From: a virus
Lineage: Duplodnaviria; Caudoviricetes
IMG/VR virus record: IMGVR_UViG_3300028293_000008
Location: 1 to 49,793 of that record
Length of the DNA stretch: 49,793 nucleotides
Strand: one strand, 5' to 3'
The translations under genes and the position numbers were made by a program. The notes below the pieces were generated by a model. That model was not told where the DNA came from. It saw nothing but the letters and a program-made list of their open reading frames with translations, and made no database searches. This document shows positions 47,626 through 49,793 of the stretch, in pieces; within the stretch, counting starts at the first letter, position 1, and every line of letters starts with the position of its first letter.

Positions 47626-48120
47626 CGCAGGCACGATCCCATCGGCGATCATCTGCCGTGCTTGATCGTCGGTGTAGCCTTGCGCCATGAATGTTTTCAT
47701 GGCGCGATACCACGCAAACCGTTTGAGCAGATCGGCGCGCATCCGTTCCGGCAGTGTCGCGACGAATGCGTGATCGTCGTCTTCATGCGTCCAGACGATC
47801 GACGCCAGGTGATGCAAGATCGCGTCTTCGGCCTCTTCGCGTGTCCCGCTCGAGCCGATGTAATAGTCGGTTTGCGAAAAGACATCACACCACGCGCGCC
47901 AGCCGAACGCATCCGGACTGACAATGTAAATGTGTCCGTTCCATCGGCGGATGATCGTGCCACGATCCAACCGTTCTAATGCTGCGGTCGTCTCACGTTC
48001 ACAGTTGACGATCGCGTCTGCAGCCGAAACGGCCGAAGAATAGGTGACTGGCCCGATCGTGGCGCAGTGCGATCGGACGCGTCCGCGGATGTCCTTCTGT
48101 TTAGTGATCGTCGGTTTCAT
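47617..48120 (-). CDS. early hypothetical protein (167 aa) ending in the HH-B core
   Basis: MKPTITKQ... after the leader; ends VA-TGA. Confidence 0.75.
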   Translation of the reverse strand: MKPTITKQKDIRGRVRSHCATIGPVTYSSAVSAADAIVNCERETTAALERLDRGTIIRRWNGHIYIVSPDAFGWRAWCDVFSQTDYYIGSSGTREEAEDAILHHLASIVWTHEDDDHAFVATLPERMRADLLKRFAWYRAMKTFMAQGYTDDQARQMIADGIVPAVA

Positions 48121-48157
48121 TGTGCATTCACTCCTGATTTGAGCAGCGTTGACGGAT

Positions 48158-48212
48158 GTTGCGACGGTCGGCTCGAGCCGACCGTTTCGGCCTTCCGGCC
48201 TCGTCAGGCAAC
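48158..48212 (-). ncRNA. type I hammerhead ribozyme HH-C
   Basis: same 55-nt motif as HH-B; predicted cut 48163^48162. Confidence 0.92.
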
Positions 48213-48214
48213 CG

Positions 48215-48481
48215 TTACGAGCAGCATCCGCAGCAAGGCGCATCCTCGCAACGTCCCCGCTTGTTTGTGTAGACTTCGGCGCCTGACGAAAAACGCGTAT
48301 AGCGTGAACCGTAGCGACGATCCGACCGCGGCGCCGCACTGACAAGGGCTCGAGCAGCATCCGCATTGTCGATCGGCACGTTCCAACCTTTTGCGCGACT
48401 ATCCCAACGTCCCCCAAGCGCTTTAATCTGCTCTTTAACGGGATAGGTATTGCCAGTGATCAAAACGGTGTCGGTTGCCAT
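48215..48481 (-). CDS. early protein, DUF5710-like with GRCEDAPCCGCC tail
   Basis: ITGNTYPVKEQIKALGGRWD..KGW and RGRCEDAPCCGCC. Confidence 0.75.
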   Translation of the reverse strand: MATDTVLITGNTYPVKEQIKALGGRWDSRAKGWNVPIDNADAARALVSAAPRSDRRYGSRYTRFSSGAEVYTNKRGRCEDAPCCGCCS

Positions 48482-48526
48482 TGTGCATTCACTCCTGATT
48501 GAGGCCTTCCGGCCTCGTCAGGCAAC
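48482..48526 (-). repeat. deleted (non-catalytic) hammerhead-leader copy HH-D
   Basis: GTTGCCTGACGAGGCCGGAAGGCC joined directly to TCAATCAGGAGTGAATGCACA; 46 nt including GAAA, stem III and the cleavage site are missing. Confidence 0.85.
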
Positions 48527-48917
48527 AGCACTCTAGTTTGTGGCGCCACGTCTGCAGACGTTTGCCAGCAAAACGCCAGTGCGATGCACTACGGGCCAGA
48601 TAATCAGAGGCCGTATGCGCCAGTGTCCGCAGATCTGTTTTGACCGTTTCGGGAAAGTGATCGCGGTAGACGCCTGAGATCAGAATGCCGTTTCCATCGC
48701 CGAACGCTGCAACCATGCGACCGATGGTTGCCAGGTGCATCTGATCTGTGACCCGGGCCAGCTCGAGGTATTCAAGCGATACCGCAATGTGCTGTGCTTT
48801 CGTCCAACCATCGAATTCTGGCAGACGATGAAACAATGCGGGGACGTCACAGACCGTTACCTGACGCGTCCACTTTGGGACGTTGAATCGACGATTGTAA
48901 GGATTGTCGGTTGCCAT
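48489..48917 (-). CDS. early hypothetical protein (142 aa)
   Basis: MATDNPYNRRF... after the leader; reads through the deleted repeat. Confidence 0.7.
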   Translation of the reverse strand: MATDNPYNRRFNVPKWTRQVTVCDVPALFHRLPEFDGWTKAQHIAVSLEYLELARVTDQMHLATIGRMVAAFGDGNGILISGVYRDHFPETVKTDLRTLAHTASDYLARSASHWRFAGKRLQTWRHKLECCCLTRPEGLNQE

Positions 48918-48954
48918 TTGTGCATTCACTCCTGATTGAGCAGCGTTGACGAAT

Positions 48955-49009
48955 GTTGCGACGGTCGGCTCGAGCCGACCGTTTCGGCCTTCCGGCCTCG
49001 TCAGGCAAC
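48955..49009 (-). ncRNA. type I hammerhead ribozyme HH-E
   Basis: same 55-nt motif as HH-B; predicted cut 48960^48959. Confidence 0.92.
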
Positions 49010-49447
49010 AATGACCGACAGCAAGGTCAGCTCTGAGATCTGCACATTGTCGGTGTCAATGTGCGTCCCATTCCCGTTGTAGTTGCGATCGTCTTCGGGA
49101 TAGTCCGCGGCAGCCGTAGCGTCGACAGCGATCCATTTTTCGAATTCATCGCAGAAGATCTCATACGCCGATTCAAACGATCGCGCCCTGATAACAGCAA
49201 ACGGCGGATCGAAACAATCGACGTTGAAACACGCGAACCATTGACCGTCGGTGTCATCAATGTAGTAATCGGTGGTCCGCTTGATTGAGTGTTTCGGGAA
49301 ACGCTCGAGCGTTTCTAGGTAGTCCTCTTTAACGCCAGGAGCCTGCAGAATGTAGCGATGATCGGACGAATTGCCGACGGAGAATACCAGCTCTCGAGCA
49401 GCGTTGATTGAGCCGACGTCGATCGTGGTGTCTGTGTTTTTGGCCAT
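49001..49447 (-). CDS. acidic early hypothetical protein (148 aa) ending in the HH-E core
   Basis: MAKNTDTT... after the leader; ends VA-TGA. Confidence 0.75.
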   Translation of the reverse strand: MAKNTDTTIDVGSINAARELVFSVGNSSDHRYILQAPGVKEDYLETLERFPKHSIKRTTDYYIDDTDGQWFACFNVDCFDPPFAVIRARSFESAYEIFCDEFEKWIAVDATAAADYPEDDRNYNGNGTHIDTDNVQISELTLLSVIVA

Positions 49448-49482
49448 TGTGCATTCACTCCTGAAAAGAGCAGCGTTGACGG
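49448..49482 (-). repeat. leader/RBS repeat without ribozyme
   Basis: CCGTCAACGCTGCTCTTTTCAGGAGTGAATGCACA-ATG. Confidence 0.8.
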
Positions 49483-49484
49483 TG

Positions 49485-49658
49485 CTAGTAACCGGCCTCT
49501 CGCATTTTGCGCATTGAATCGTAGAACGTTCCGACACGTTCTGCCTTGACGATCGATCCATCCTCGAGCTGGAAGTCAATGACGATCAATCCTTTCGCGG
49601 CAGTGACATCAACGCGAACGATCCGACCGTCAGGCAAACGATAGTCGTCAGTGACCAT
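49485..49658 (-). CDS. first early gene, 57 aa (not in the ORF track)
   Basis: translated by hand: MVTDDYRLPDGRIVRVDV...MREAGY; GAGGATATGCAC leader (alternative ATG at 49664). Confidence 0.6.
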   Translation of the reverse strand: MVTDDYRLPDGRIVRVDVTAAKGLIVIDFQLEDGSIVKAERVGTFYDSMRKMREAGY

Positions 49659-49700
49659 GTGCATATCCTCTGTGTGATGGTATCGGCATGTGATGGTCTA

Positions 49701-49729
49701 AAGATAGTCCAGACCGTCTGTGATGTCAA
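49701..49729 (-). promoter_or_regulatory. sigma70 early promoter P1 driving the ribozyme array
   Basis: TTGACA-17 nt-TATCTT; shares TTGACATCA with P2 and P3. Confidence 0.8.
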
Positions 49730-49793
49730 TGCCCCACTGCACAATCCTGCAATGAAAGTCAAATCTCTCGACGGGGGCTCGAACGACGAGGCG

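Noticed and set aside
48429-48440. boxA-like TGCTCTTTAACG
   Set aside because: It lies on the non-transcribed strand inside a coding region; likely chance.
47015-49482. CRISPR array interpretation of the repeats
   Set aside because: The repeats are about 55-90 bp, the intervening segments are about 270-500-bp complete ORFs, and there are no cas genes; the motif fits a hammerhead core.
47061-49579. Long ORF-track starts (47642, 48417, 48929, 49579)
   Set aside because: They run through ribozyme or leader repeats; the SD-supported ATGs are at 47534, 48120, 48917 and 49447.
1-49793. Terminal repeats, att sites, tRNA genes, reverse transcriptase or DGR
   Set aside because: No matching ends, integrase, cloverleaf or RT motifs were seen by eye; genome completeness cannot be established from this window.

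Overview
High-GC, apparently near-complete genome of a tailed dsDNA phage. It is podovirus-like: no tape measure, tail tube or sheath gene is recognisable, and there is no integrase, tRNA or CRISPR. Layout: (i) 0.3-9 kb, mostly minus-strand accessory and replication genes (J-domain protein, stand-alone CapW-like wHTH, RHH regulator, HNH nucleases, GH-A-like hydrolase, HTH replication initiator with internal iterons). (ii) 9-19.7 kb, plus-strand small genes with a DUF1064 nuclease, a terminase large subunit with substituted catalytic residues, and a beta-helix protein. (iii) 19.8-41.8 kb, the morphogenesis operon (portal, scaffold, major capsid, adaptor, IPT/propeller and nozzle-like tail proteins, collagen-like fibre, ejection-type proteins). 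(iv) 42-49.7 kb, a minus-strand early region driven by three near-consensus sigma70 promoters. The standout is at 47.0-49.5 kb: successive early genes are separated by copies of a type I hammerhead ribozyme (three intact, one with a weakened stem I, one deleted). Most copies are fused to a conserved ribosome-binding leader, and in three cases the upstream gene's UGA stop codon is the UGA of the CUGACGA catalytic core. This suggests a self-processing polycistronic mRNA or ribozyme-bounded gene-cassette array. All product calls come from motif recognition by eye, not database searches.
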